DNA of 64,000 bases. Source: Camelus ferus (lineage: Eukaryota). The notes beneath the pieces were generated by a model, which did not search any database, was not told the DNA's origin, and saw only the letters and a list, made by a program, of their open reading frames with translations. The translations under genes were made by a program, and so were the position numbers. Shown here piece by piece: positions 24,930 through 38,900 of this stretch. The stretch covers positions 82,152,001 to 82,216,000 of the forward strand of contig NC_045696.1 of the NCBI RefSeq assembly GCF_009834535.1, written 5' to 3'. The stretch's first letter is position 1. Every line of letters starts with the position of its first letter.

Positions 24930-25396
24930 TTATGATTTTTCGAGTGAGGATTTAGCTGTCTCTCCATCGTTGTCTTCTTCCTCCTCTTCACAATCCCCAT
25001 CTGTCTGCTGTTCCAGTTCCTCTTTTGTGATCATTTCAAAATCATTCCCATTTCCACTACTGTGTTGGGATCGGTCATCTTCCCTCCTATCACTGTCTGT
25101 GTCTGAATGCCGTTCTCCACCTGAGCCTTCTGTTCCATGATTTCCTGGTCCTACTTTTCCCTCTTCATCTTCCTTTTTCTCACTGTCTGACTTTTCCTCA
25201 CTGTCGGACTTCTGCTGCTTTTTGGTTTCAGATTTTTCATCTTTCTTTAAGTCTGCTTTTGGTCCTTTATATTCATGTGTGTACAGAGGCCTGAAGGAGT
25301 CAATGAAGCCCACGTCAGCAGTCAGATTTGGCAAGAACCAAAAATGGTGCCTTCCTCCAGTTATGAGCCAAATGATGAGAAACAGAATGCAACGAG
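24930..25396 (-). CDS. SEC62: SEC62 coding exon 8 (ARCILFLIIW...NDFEMI...KSSLEKS*), with LC3-interacting motif NDFEMI at 25029-25046
   Basis: Acceptor tctcccgcag|CT; TAA at 24932-24930; 467 coding nt. The 8 exons sum to 1197 nt = 398 aa + stop. Confidence 0.98.
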
Positions 25397-27872
25397 CTGC
25401 GGGAGAAAAATTTCTCTAATTGAATAATTCAAGTGACTCAGACAGCAGGGAATATTTGTTAATGGGAAAACAAAGTTTATTATTTGCATACCACATGCAC
25501 CTGAAATATAAACAATTAAATCCTGACTAGTTTAGCAGCTATCGACAGTATTCTAGGCACACAGCATTCTGCTCTGAACTTGAGGGCGTAACGCTACAAT
25601 GCCATTCAAAAACTTACTTTCATTTTTTTTTTTTAGTCTGGGTGCTGTTTCATGGAGATACTTATGATTTACGCACTTTGCTATGTTATAGTTCAATAAG
25701 CACAGGTGCCAGCTGGACCTTGAAGTATACATAAGAACACGGTAGAAGAAAGAGGAAAATAAATGCAAGTAAGGGATGAAAGATACCTTAAGAAGCCTTT
25801 AAAAATGAAAAAGCAGGGCTGAATCATGACTTCTTTAGAACCTAGGCATTTTTGCCTTTGTAAGGCAATTCTTCCATTAAAAAAAATATTAAAAATTAGG
25901 CTTTTTACAACCATATTGGTATAAATATAATCCCACACAGGTTCATAACACATACACATGTAATAATATTTTATATATTACATATTATTACATATAAATA
26001 TTACATAATATGTAACACATGTAATAATATTTACACATGTAAATACATGTGTACTTGATTTTAAAAGAAATGAAAATAAAATCATTTCTGTGGCCCCTAA
26101 AAGTCCAAGGCATGTGCCTACTCTGCCTAAAGGATATCTTCTAAGGAAAAATACTTTTGAACAATAAGAGAACATTTTCCTAGAAGTTATAACTTTCTTA
26201 AATAAATATATAATTTCTGCTTATTGAAGGACCAGCTATCTCCCAATATTAGGAAACAATACAATGCTAATGAAGGCCAGATTGCTTCAACAAATAGGTT
26301 CGAGGTTACTCTTTTATAGCAATATATGACAAAACTGTATTTAGATAATGGAAGAAATTAAGAATTTTAAAGTTTACAATAATGAGCTATCAGGAACACA
26401 AACCTCAAAACTTCATATAGTTTTCTCTTAATTTACCAAATACAAAGAGCTGAGTGATTTGCCTAATTTTCCTGTTCCCCCCCACCCCGAGGTCATGATT
26501 ATGTGAATGTTATGAACTAATCAATTGTGACAGGTTTTCGGTTTTGTTTCAGTTTTTGTTTTCTTTACAAATAACTGTATTACTATTTTTAAATAAGGCC
26601 TAAAAAAAGGTCATCAATGCATCTTCCATTATTTTGCTTAGGTTAGATAAAAAGAAATGGTTATAGCTCCCTTGACTTTTATAAAGCAGTAATTTCTATT
26701 TTTCATAAAAGAACATAAATATTCTGAAAGACTCTGTATACATCAGTGTCTTTTGTGGTACAAACAGAAAAGGCAAATATGCTTGAAATTATGGAATAAA
26801 TAAGTAAATAAATCCCAGTGATAAAAAAGAAACAATGAACATCTTTTAAGGAGGCTGCATACAGCATTATGTACGATAGGATTTAAAGGGTTTTAAGACA
26901 GACAATTCGTAATATGAAATCTTGCCTCAAATCCATGAAAAAGCAGTATCAAAATGGCAAATCTAAATTCTCATTCCATATACAAACTGGGTGTAACAGA
27001 ATTCTAACGTTTTTTACTGTTTTTCTCTATGTGGCAGCAGATTACCAGGAGCCAAAGAGGGAGAATCATGGGAAAACCACTGTGATGTATAAAGTCATAC
27101 TGTTTCTATTCTAAAAGTGACAAACTTACAAAATTGTCAAAGGTCCTATTTTAAACAGAAATACTAACAATACATATTCCAAGTAGCACCAAAGATAATT
27201 TTGACCAATATATAATACTTCATGGGATAATATAAATCTCTGATTTGCAACTGGGGTACAGATCAAAACCCTTTGAAAGTTAATTTAGAATTTCATTTTT
27301 CTAAGAGAAAAAACAAAAATGTTCAGTTTATTTTCTGATTTATTTAATTCATGGGACTATTTAATGCACAATGCTACTTAAATCCATAGTATATTTAAAA
27401 TGAAAAATTATAGGAAATACTACTGAAGAAATAATTTAAAAGGCAAAACAAGATAATAACCATAAATTATTGAGAATACTGGTTTAAATAAAAGATAACC
27501 AAGTAGGTTAATTCTATTCAGTGGAGTTAAACGTTTGCTGAAAAATTTCAAAGAGCTTCTAAATTGTCATGGGTTTGGGAGCCAGAAGACATCAGTCTCA
27601 TTAGTGTATCTAATGCCAGATCAAAGTTTGTGGCTTCTCATTTTTGATGCAGGTAGTACACTACCACCAGTTACCTGCTTCACAGTCTTAGATACTATTT
27701 CTTGGCCTACAAATGTACTATATTACATGCAGAAGCTTCCGGGGCAATTTTCAAGGTGACTTAGCTAGAGGAAGGAAAACTGAAAGGTGGGTGAAAAAGG
27801 CTTCACACACAGTCAGAGATCCCAGGAAAAAAGGAAGCCCATAAACATGAACCGAATGAAAACGCTACATGA

Positions 27873-27923
27873 TTTGACACAACATTGTAAAATGACTATA
27901 ACTCAATAAAAAAAATGTTAAAA
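27873..27923 (+). mobile_element. ~50-bp L1 3'-terminal fragment in SEC62 intron 7 (antisense to the gene)
   Basis: tttgacacaacattgtaaaatgactataactcaataaaaaa matches the L1 tail. TSD gaaaa(c/t)gctacatga at 27858-27872 and 27924-27938. Confidence 0.85.
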
Positions 27924-29300
27924 GAAAATGCTACATGAGTTCCTGGGTCCATGGATGGTGGCACCAACTTAGGACGACACCTTAATACCCAGGGTGAAGG
28001 GATGTGCAGAGGGAACCTGCTTAAGGCTGTAGCAGTAATGCTTTATAAATATAAGCATCTATTACATTACATACCATAGAATCCCAGAAATGCACCCAGT
28101 TCACATAATCTTGGTTAGATTATGTCCTCTAACAAAACAACAGATATTAGGTCAGTAATGTGAGTGTTTTAAAAATTTTTTATAAAGAAGTACTCCTATA
28201 TGTCTTGATGGAAAAGTTGATTTGTCATGTGATGAAAATAATCAGAACTTAGTACCATACACCAACATAAACTCTAGATGGATCAAAGAATTACATATAA
28301 GGTTAAAAAAAAATCACTAAACAGCTTTAGATGTGCTGAGAAAAAATCCTATTTCTTTCCCCAAATCAAAAACTAAATTAGACCAGTTCATCCTTTATTG
28401 GGAAATTGTTAAAGACTAGGATTTTAAGCAAAATATTATTTGTTGTTTTTCTCATAGTTAGTAATATGTTCACTGTGAAAAATATACACAGATGTAAAGA
28501 AGAACATTAAAGTCATTCATAACTACCACTACCATTTATAGTTAGGCGTACTTCCTTATAGTCAAACCCTCTTTAGCAGAGTATTTCCATTTCAAAAATA
28601 TCTTCCTAATGATGTAAGTAAAATATATTTCATTATCTTAATTTTATTGTTTGATACTAGTGATGAGCATTTTCATACATTTATTAATCATTTGTTTTTA
28701 ATTTCATCTTTTGAATTGGGTTATTTTCATATTGTCTTATTTTTAGCTATGGAAGACCCCACTCATCCAGAAATGTAAAATAACATTATTTACATTTTCT
28801 TGTTGATTTTTAAAAAACATTTTAAAACTTTTTAATGCAATGAGAATTTATTTTGGCACATGGTGCAAACTGACTTTTCCCCAAAACGGCAAATCAATTG
28901 TCTAGAATAATTTACTGTACAAAATGGAAATGCTGAATACAAGTTTCATTTGCCTCAAGTCAAAATATAAAAATGCTTACTGAAAGTATTATGTTAACAA
29001 ATGATCGATCATTGTAAAAATATTAAAGTTCCTGTGGTAGTTAAATTTTAAAGCTACTTATATCTAGTTGCATAAGACATATTAAATCCTTTTCTCAGAC
29101 CAGACCACATCTAATTAAGTATACATGCTACTTCAAGCCTGAGTCAGTTTTGGGATAAGATCAAAAAGTAGGCCCATATAATTCTTGATTCATCAATATT
29201 AATTTTGCTATTAAGCTTTACTGAAGCTCCAGATTACAATCCAAACTGCTCAATATCTCTTAGTAAGTCTGGGGTCAGTCTTACTAATAACAGTACTTAC

Positions 29301-29420
29301 CAACAGCAAGGAGAAGAATGCTGGCTACAAAACAGCCTGCACCCACACTGAGGTAATAAACGCCTACTCTCATTTCTGCTGGCCAAAGAGGGAAGAGGGT
29401 GGCTGCTATCACTGCAATCA
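29301..29420 (-). CDS. SEC62: SEC62 coding exon 7 (VIAVIAATLFPLWPAEMRVGVYYLSVGAGCFVASILLLAV, TM1/TM2)
   Basis: Acceptor ttccag|TG, donor G|gtaagt; 120 nt; hydrophobic transmembrane segments. Confidence 0.97.
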
Positions 29421-31196
29421 CTGGAACAAGAAATGACAAAGTTACACAGATAGCCTTTAGATTAAAATTTTAAATGGCTTAGTTACCAAAATAGTGAATA
29501 TATTCCTAGGGTGAGAAGTGAAACATAAACATATGGAAACAGGTAAAAAATGGTCAATTATCAGTCATTTCATAGTATTTTATAACATTTTATTTCATAA
29601 TATTTTATAATTTCATAATATTTTAACTATTGTTCTTAGATTAGGATTTTTCTAGTATAAATTACATAAATTATGTAAACTTATACTAGAAAAAGTGCCA
29701 TGTAAAAATGTGAAATTGTTAGCTCCTTAAATGATCAACTGCTGCTGTGTTCAACCTTATTTTTGACTATAAAATATCTGGCTACTGAACAAGGGAGCTT
29801 AAAGAAACAACCAAATGACAAGACTAACCAAAATGATTCCAAAGATCCCTCCCTGGAGAGTGATTCTGAGCGCTCTCACATCTACTGATTGAAAAGTTCA
29901 CCAGGTGATTCTGATACAGATGGTTTTTGGGAGTTAGGGAAACGATACAAGGATCTCCAGTTTTATTTCTCAGGGGGACCAGATGGAACAATCAGAAGGA
30001 AGCCCTTTTTAGGTGTTTAGAGCAAGAGAGATCAGAATTCAAATTCCAGCTATTTTATTTATAAGCTAAGGGTTAGACTTATTATTCTGAATGGAATCCT
30101 ATGATATCATATTGATCAAACTTGTTTATTTAACTGCTATTTTTTCCTACTTGTTAAATCATTCTCTCTGCACCTCCCATGCCCCCTCCCCTGAATTTAC
30201 AGGAATAACACATACCTATGGTAAGGAAAAACAAAAAACAAACAAAAACGGTATAGTATAAAGTTTTCATCCAGTTCTTGGTCTACTATCCAGAGGTTAA
30301 TTACTATTGTTTCTTATCTGTACTCCCAGAGCCTGCCTTTATACAATTAAAACGGAATTTTTTTTACATAAATGAGCTTGTAATATTCTTACTCTTTTAC
30401 AATTTTCATTTAATATATTCTAGCTATCTTTCTGTGAGTACACCCTATCTCTTTAAAAGCTGCATGGTATTACAGCATGCAGTTGTAATTTATCTCATTG
30501 TCCTCCTATTGAGGGACTTAAACTGTTTCCAGTTTTATCCTATTATAGACAATAGTGCAACAAATACCATGCATGCACATGTACATTTATGCAACTGTGT
30601 TAAAACTTGAAAGATATCTGCTAATCACTCTCCTAAATATAGTCCGAGGGATTAGAATAGATAACATGTCAATGCATATTTCTGAACAGATACTCTGTAC
30701 AACTGTATTAGTATCCAGTCATGGAATAAATTCCTGGATATGGAAAAGCTGGGTGTGTATACATTTAAAATTTAAAACATACTGCCAACTGCCCTCCATA
30801 AAAACTAAAACAATGGACATACCATCAATTGTTGGAGACTGTGGGTTTTTCTTAAGTGTTGGACCTTCACTAAGACTAGGTACTATTAAACTTTGTAATC
30901 CTCTGGATAACTGCTGTTGTTTTAATTTGTATTTAATATGTCTGTGATTAAGTATCATTCAGATTATTGGTCACTGCATTTCTTTATCTGTGAGCTAACT
31001 TTACCATTTTTCTAGCAGGTTATTAATCTCTTAAAGATCTTTGCTTCAGTGTAGTACAAATATTTTGCTCTGTTTATCATTCATATTCTGGCTTTATTTA
31101 AAATGTACTTTAAAAAATAACTACTTTATGTTAAACATTTTTCTTTCTGGCTTCTGCATTATTTATTTTCCTTTCTAAATTTGAGATTGTACTTAC

Positions 31197-31257
31197 CAAG
31201 AATTAATCCCATGACAAATGTTTTGAAGTGAACTGGGTCATAGATCCACACAAATAC
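31197..31257 (-). CDS. SEC62: SEC62 coding exon 6 (VFVWIYDPVHFKTFVMGLIL, start of TM1)
   Basis: Acceptor ttccag|GTA, donor G|gtaagt; 61 nt. Confidence 0.97.
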
Positions 31258-32366
31258 CTGGAAGAATCAAGAAACCCCAGTGCTTAAAGTTCTATAGTCA
31301 CATTAGTAAGTCAAGCTTAATTCTTTATTTCAGATACTCCACAACAGTCACTTCCAACTTCTTAATGTATAAAAACTACTTTTTAAGGTAAATAAATTTG
31401 AGAGACCTTTCCTTCAGTAGTAGTGTTTCTTTTGGTATCCACTCAATTAGAAAATTATTTTAAAAATTATAAATTATGTAATGCAGTTAAGTACATTTCT
31501 ACGTACTTGCATGTTTTTAATATTTATGTGTGCAAACCATTACTTATTCAACCTAAAGACCAGCAATTATACAGCCTTTTTTTCCCGAATGTGATGATGC
31601 ACATTGGCATGAGTAGAACCAACCAGTCTAAGAGCACAATAAAGCCAGAGTCCAGTCAGGCCCTATTACAAAACCAGCAGTTTTCAATTTCACCCTATTC
31701 TCTCCTGCTGATGAGATGCTTAGTGAACATAAAGAGTCTGTCTGTGACTCCTTGCAATAATTTCATTGCCAGCTCCCCACGGAGAGTCTGTAGCCCAAAA
31801 GCTGGGAACCAATGCTTTAAAGCTTACTTTATACAACAGAAATTTACTTCATTTAGAATAATTAGAACTCTGCTCATCATCCACAAAACTCTTAGTTTTA
31901 TCTCTTAGTTTCTATAAATAACAGTACTCTTCTATTTCCTGGTTTTATTTTGCCCAGAGCTCTTTGTTATTGTCTTTCTGATTTGGTTCTAACATTCCTC
32001 TTTTTTAACTCTGCACATTTATCTTATAAATCAAATCCACAGACATCACTTCTGCCAGTTAGCACTCTAAATAAGCAAGTTTTTAAAGACGTTTCCCATC
32101 TTTAAAAGTTTGAAAGCATGCTTCTTTCTACAGCATAAAATCTAGCCTTTTTGAGTAAGTAAGGACCTGTGCTTTTGCTCAGACTGCTTCCTTTGCCTAA
32201 TAGATCTGTAACTCCTTCTCAGTGCACCTGGCAATCTGCCAGTCAACCTCCAAGGCTCAGTTCAAGTGTTCAGGATCTCCAGACCCTCCACATCCTGCAG
32301 TGATTAAATTAACTATCCCCAACTGGTGCTCTCCCATCATAACATTTACCATGCCACAATACAGTA

Positions 32367-32799
32367 CAGGCATACCTCAGAGATACTGCAAGTTTGGATC
32401 CAGATCACTGCAATAATGCAATTTTTTTGGTTTCCCAGTGCATATAAAAGTTATGTTTACACTATACTATAGTCTATTAAGTGTGCAATAGCATTATGTC
32501 TAAGAAAACAATGTACATATCCAAAGTAAAAAATATTTTATTGCTAAAAAATGCTAACCATCATCTGAGCATTCAGTGAGTCATAATCTTTTTGCTGGAG
32601 GAGGATTTGAAATATTGTGAGAAATAACAAAATGTGACAGAAACAAAGTGAGCAAATGCTGTTGGAAAAAATGGAGCTGACAGACTTGTTCAATGCAGGG
32701 TTGTTGTAAACCCTCAATTTGTAAAACAAACAAACAAAGAAAAACTGCATTAACTCTGAAGTGCAATAAAGATAAGCACAATAACGTGAGCTACTCCTG
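32367..32799 (+). mobile_element. Internally deleted Tigger1-like DNA transposon (SEC62 intron 5)
   Basis: TA|caggcatacctcagagata...tgagctactcctg|TA terminal inverted repeats. Confidence 0.8.
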
Positions 32800-33094
32800 T
32801 ACCATGAGATGTCTTGAAATTCACAATAATTCAGTGACCAGTATGTAACTAAATGTTTCTGTATTGGTTAAATGACTAAATTAAGCGGTCTTCATGGAAG
32901 GCTACCACCACACAAATATCTTATTAAATAAAATAAATAAAAATGATCTCCCTGAATAAAGCACCACGTAATGTTGAAAATTTTAGGCCCCTATAGTAGT
33001 GTGTCTGACTATAAGAGGCAGAAATCAGTAGGTGTCCCTCATTAACCATTCTACTTTTATTTTCTTTGATTGTCATGGAAATCCTACATTTTAC

Positions 33095-33168
33095 TGGGCA
33101 AATGACCACTCAGTATAAAAAGCATATTTCTTGGGCAAATGACCACTCAGTATAAAAAGCCTATTTCT
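33095..33168. repeat. 37-bp tandem duplication (one mismatch) in SEC62 intron 5
   Basis: tgggcaaatgaccactcagtataaaaagc(a/c)tatttct at 33095-33131 and 33132-33168. Confidence 0.92.
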
Positions 33169-33699
33169 AAGACTTTACTGCAGGTAGGCATGACTATGTG
33201 ACTAGGTTCTGGCCAATGGAATCCAAGTAGAAATAAACTATCAGTTTCCTGAAAGGTATCCTTAAAAAGGAAGCAGGTCCCTCATTCTTCTTCCCTCCTC
33301 TGGATGCAGATATAAGGCTGGCAGTCATTTTGGACCATGAGGTCGTCTTTACTAACTGCCTCACACAGTTGGAAAAGTTCGGATCCGTCATGGAGCTGCC
33401 ATATTGTACTGCTTGCCCTTAGATTTAACTGATGAGAGAATTAAGTACTATTTTGTTTTATGCCACTGTTATTTCAGGTTTCTTATCAATCATAGAGACA
33501 TGAACATGATTCTGACTGATTTTTTAATACATTTTTAATAAACCTAAATGCAGAGAAACCGATTTTTAAAGAGAGTAGATTTTGTATCTACATGGTTAAA
33601 TTTATCTAAATTACTTCTTTTCTTAGTAAATGCATCAAAGATAATTCTAAAAACTCCTATGGAAAATTAGATTTCTACTTAAAAGCTAGATACTCTTAC

Positions 33700-33792
33700 C
33701 TCATTTCCATCCAGAAAAACTTGATCATCATGTGGCTCAAGCTTGAATTTTTTCTTAGTTTCCTTCTTTTTGGGAGTTCCAGGAGCTTCCTC
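33700..33792 (-). CDS. SEC62: SEC62 coding exon 5 (EEAPGTPKKKETKKKFKLEPHDDQVFLDGNE)
   Basis: Acceptor ttttaaag|GAG, donor GAG|gtaaga; 93 nt. Confidence 0.97.
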
Positions 33793-34037
33793 CTTTAAAA
33801 AAATAATAGAAAAAAAAAAACCCCACTTTTACAAACAAGCAAAAAGCAATATGACATTCACACAGTCAAAAGTTTCACTATTTGAAAAAATCGAAATTCT
33901 CAACTACGGTATTTATGAGAACCCTAAAATGGTTTCTTAAATGGTTATTGCACATTAAATTTAAAAGTGCTAATATGCCAGTAGTGATAATGTGCACATA
34001 GTAATTTTTGATTTTACTTAATTTTAGTTGAAATCAC

Positions 34038-34242
34038 CTTTTTGGATTCTTCCTTTTCACCATCTTTTTTTTTTTCTTTTTCCTTTTTTGTCTTTTCATC
34101 CTTTAGATTTTCTTTCTTGCTCTTTTTATCTTCTTCTTTTCCACTTTCAGCTTTTCCCTTCTCTTTTTCTTTTTTTATGTCTTTCTCATACTTCATTTTC
34201 ATTACTTTTAGTGCCCGATGGAAAAACTGCTTCTTTAAAAGC
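34038..34242 (-). CDS. SEC62: SEC62 coding exon 4 (RLLKKQFFHRALKVMKMKYEK...GEKEESKK, Lys/Glu-rich)
   Basis: Acceptor ttttccccaaag|G, donor AAG|gtgatt; 205 nt; lies within ORF 34014..34352(-). Confidence 0.97.
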
Positions 34243-35831
34243 CTTTGGGGAAAAGGTATGACATTACATTCACTATCAATCATACAGATATAGACTAAAA
34301 GCAAAAATATCAAGGCCTGAGTAAAATAAGTAAAGAAGACACACAATGGCATCTTTCAAGAAAAATTACAACTAATAAGCCCACAGAAAAACAATCAACC
34401 ACCTCTAATCAAAAAACTGTGCAGCCAATTTGACTGCATGAAAGTTGTCAATCTACTTTTCATTTTTTAATTATATAATTTAAATGAGATTATAGGTTTA
34501 GAATTATCCTTAAGTTCTTCTTTAGGTTCATTAGGAATAAGCAAAACTCTGCTTTATATAATACTGTGAAGTCTCAAATTCAAGAGCAGACATAAGTGGA
34601 ATATAAATCTATGGGGAAAATAAATACAACAATTTAAGAAATGTTAACAAATTAAAAATGTGCCCATGACTTGATTGATCCAACTTGTGTCTTTAGCTGT
34701 CATTCTTGCTGTAATTTTTTTCTTTCCATGTACTTCACTCTTCAGCCTGCCACTATATTGAAGTATCTTCAATTAACTAGTGAATAATTAAATACGCTAA
34801 GGTGAGATTTCTGGACTCTGAAGACAACTCTTCATAGTATCAAGCTAGAAACTGTACAATATATTTGGCAAAATAACACTATGTGCTCCTTGTTCTACTA
34901 ATTTCTCAATACACTGATCTTTCCTCTGTTTAGCAGGGGTTTTGTTTCTGTTTCTGTTTTTGTTTTTAACATTACTACTTCAGGGCTTTTTCACTGGCTG
35001 TTCCCGTCACTTGGAATGCTCTTCCCCCAAATAAGCACGTCCTCTTGGTTTACTCCCTCACTTCCTTCAAATCTTCCCTCAAATGTGACCCTCTCTAATT
35101 GGCCGAACCTGTTTAAAATTATAAATCCATCATTCATCCTCCCTCCTATTTCCTACTATTCTATTCATCACATTTATCTTCTAACTTAATATACAATTTA
35201 TGTTATATGTTTGCCTCTTTCATTAGACTGTAAACTTCTTAAAAGTGATATTCCCTGCTTTATTCATTTCTTTATCTGATGAGTTTAGAAACTCAGCTGA
35301 CTCCCAAATTAAGTTAACTCTGGCTGACAATCTTTTCTAATCCTACTAAAGAAACTGAATTACCCTTACCTTTGTCATCTAAAAGCCATCTTTTCAAATC
35401 TTATGTTCCAGTTTCAAAGTTTGTGATTTGTTTATTCATTCCTGCCTTCATAAAAGTATAGCTACCAAACCACAACCTAGAAACTAGGTCTCACTGGCCC
35501 CATCTGTGCCTGTTAACAGTGACTATCCACCTTCCTACCTCCAATGGTACCTGCTCCAGCATATCATAACACTTGTTAACTAAATGCCTGCTTTTTGCCC
35601 AATGACTACTTATTTCTGGTCATTATGTTGTGCTGCCAGGAGCACCTGTGTTTTGACCTGCCCGGCTAGGTTTCTTTCTGCTGCCCAATTAGGTCCACTC
35701 ATGAACATCTCCACAAAGCTAACTTCTAGGTTTCCTCATTTGGCCCTTTACTTGTTCAGAAGACCTATATAGCATATAATTGTGCAACTGCCTGAAATGC
35801 CCCCCAAAAATTTACCATTAATACCTGCTAT

Positions 35832-35835
<4 letters not shown>

Positions 35836-35891
<56 letters not shown>

Positions 35892-35937
35892 GTGTATATA
35901 TATATATACACACACATATATATGTATGTATGTATGT
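35836..35937. repeat. (TA)n microsatellite with CA/TG interruptions (SEC62 intron 3)
   Basis: About 25 perfect TA units, then a degenerate tail. Confidence 0.95.
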
Positions 35938-38900
35938 AAACAAGCAAAAATCTGTAATGAGACTCTTAATAATTAACTATGTATGAGTAAGTGAGATTTA
36001 ATAGTGGTGGGTATTTGAATATGAAGGGGAACTTTAACTTTCACTCTACTTCAGAATTTCTTATAAAAATTTATAATGAAAATATTCTAATTTCTTTATT
36101 TTTACACTTATATGATTTCCAGATTTCCTATCAGGATCATTCATTACCACTTACTATGAAAACAAAAATACATCTTATTGTATGTTAACTGAAAAGCAGC
36201 AGTTCATATTACAGTTCATATTATAACTCTCCATATACTGATACAACTGGATATACGTGCACACACAGACACTTGAGTATATATTCTCACATGGTAATGT
36301 AATCATCCATGAGGCAACATTATTAGTAATTTGGATTTTCTTCTGTATCATTTTCAAAGTTTTCTCAAATTTATTTTAGTGGAAAAATGTTAATAAAGAA
36401 ATAAATAATTAAAAAAAATAAACCATAGAACTTCAGGAGAAAAAAAAATTTTTCTTTCATGAAAAGATACAGAAAGGCACATTTATCAGCAGGAACATCT
36501 GCTTCTGTCACTCCTCCTGCACAGCTGCCCTACCCTCATGAAAGACAAGTTAAGACTATTAACCAATCAAATTGGTATTGAGAAATTCATTCAGGTAGAC
36601 GGGTTCAAATATTACCTCTACCACTTAACTAGACGTGTAGTGTTGGGTAACTTACTTAATTTTTCTATTTCTAAAAACGGTATCTATCTCATAGGGATTT
36701 CTAGGACTAAATGAGAAGCATGTAGATTGTTTAGCATGGTGCCTGGCACGTATGTGCTCAATGTTAGCCATTACTACTGCTATAGCAAAATCTTGAATTT
36801 CATTTAATAGTTATGGAAAACACACACACAAACACATTTGGTTTTATAAATCACTACATTATACAATCATTCCATTCAGTAATAAGTAGAATCATTGACT
36901 TACTCCTTGATAGGTCTTTAGAGGATGTCTATTTTCAATTCACTCTATGCCTCAAAAAATGAAATGACATTTACTATTGTAATAAAATCACTGCCTTCAT
37001 CTATTTAGCTTTAAACACACTGTATAGTATAAATCATCTACATAAACTCTAACAATTTTAGAGACTACTCACTTTCCTATCTCAGTATGTGCCCTCTGCC
37101 AGGATCTAATGTCTATTCTCCCACTGTTTGCTGGGTAATCACCTATGTATGTTTCAAAATTTGATTAAAACATATTCCCTGTGAAGCCATTCTTGAAGTT
37201 TCCCCATTTCTGTCTTTCTTACAGATCACACTGCATTCAAATTAGTCATGAATCTTCTCTAACAGACTGTAATATGTGCTTTGGAGGCAAGAACCAAGTC
37301 ACAGTCATCTTTGTATTCCTGATGCCTGGCATATGATAGGTATTTGATAAATACTTGTGGGATAAACAAATGGATCAAAAGCAGCTTGTAAAAAGTTATT
37401 AAATTGCTTATTTTCCCTCATCTCTCTCTTTTTTTTTTAACAGGTTTAACAAACATTTATTGAATGCCAGACATGTGTTCAGGACTTTCACTTTCACCTA
37501 TCTGACAATGGTGAGGTTTTATTAAATGCCCACATTGTGCTAACTGCTGTGGAACTACAGTAAGGTGTAAAACACTCCTCCAATTGCCTTTAGATTTAGC
37601 TAGCAAGAAATTTTTAAAAATGAACACATATGCAACAACCCTATTTAAATAGTTAAGGACTAAATTGTATGATACTAACTTTATAAACTCTGTAGAACAC
37701 TAGATATAAAGATTAATGCGAGCGCCAGAGGATCCAGGGAATACTAAGTGGTAGACATGGAGAACTTGAGGGATATTTTTATAGAGAGGCAGACAGGATA
37801 GAGGAAGAACCCTTTGGGGAAAGTGGCAAGTTATTATCAAAGAAAGACCACAAGAGAATGAGTGTGGTATATGAATGAGAGTGAGAAGGATATTACTGGA
37901 CTGGGGGGCTGGAGATGTAAAGTCACATGGAGGGTTAGGATGATGCGAGATAAAAGGTTGAAGAGTCTGTACTTGAAATAGGCCATAAAGAGGCAAAGAG
38001 CATATTAGAAAAGATTTTGTGTGTCATCCTACAGTTTCCTATTTTCTTTCATTTTTCCTCAGACTCCCTCAAGCCCACTTCAGAAAATAAGGCAAGACAA
38101 GTGTCTCTTTGTGGTTTTGCCTGGAGTCAGGCAGGAAGGAACCCATTTGGGCTGGCCATCATAGGGTCTCCATGGTTGTTATTAAAAGTGGCTTTGAAAA
38201 ACTGATGTACTTATGCTTCTCTGTCTTAGTGTGGGAAGGACACAACCTGATATGAATGGGAATAACATATACAATGAAAATTAAATGTATCTCTAGGATA
38301 ATCTCTGTACTGAGATTTTTTGGGTTTTCCGTATAACAAGATACCAAGTTTTCTAAAAGGTCAAGTGATGTAGATTAATACTGGCAGCTCTCCTCAGAGA
38401 TTAGGCTCACAGATTTAACATTTAAATAGTATTAAGAAGTGAATCCTTCATCCTAATTTTTGGTTCATTAAATGAATGATCATTTTCTTGGAGGAGACAG
38501 TACAGTGCAGTGGTTAAGAGCATGGACCATGGAGCCAGATGGTTGGGTTTAGAATTCTGGCTCAGCCACTTACTAGTTGTACTACCTTGGGTAAGTTATT
38601 TAACTTGTTTCTGCATTTATAGCATCTCTTAATTTTTAAACTATATATAAAAAGTAAGTCTATTTTGAGGCAGGCAGGGAAATTTGCACTTTGGAGTTTC
38701 AATACACAAATGGCCGTAAAGGGCAATACTGACGGCACCATTGTTAGCTAACCCCTGCATCAACAATGAAATTTTCATTGTCTCTGAAAGGTCATTAGTG
38801 ACTAGTTTTTGGCAGCTAAGAATTTAAAGAAATATTTAATAATTCTCTAACTTTACAGCTTTTGTGAGAGAGTGAATTTTAAGAGGGGTCTCATGTAGCT

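Noticed and set aside
31423..31908. Longest unexplained ORF (161 aa, plus strand, SEC62 intron 5)
   Set aside because: GTG start, AT-rich intronic composition, no recognisable domain; consistent with chance.
33095..33168. 37-bp direct repeats as a CRISPR-like array
   Set aside because: Only two adjacent copies, no spacer, and the sequence is mammalian.
34028..34293. Phe/Ser/Leu-rich plus-strand ORFs resembling membrane proteins
   Set aside because: Antisense shadow of the Lys/Glu-rich SEC62 exon 4.
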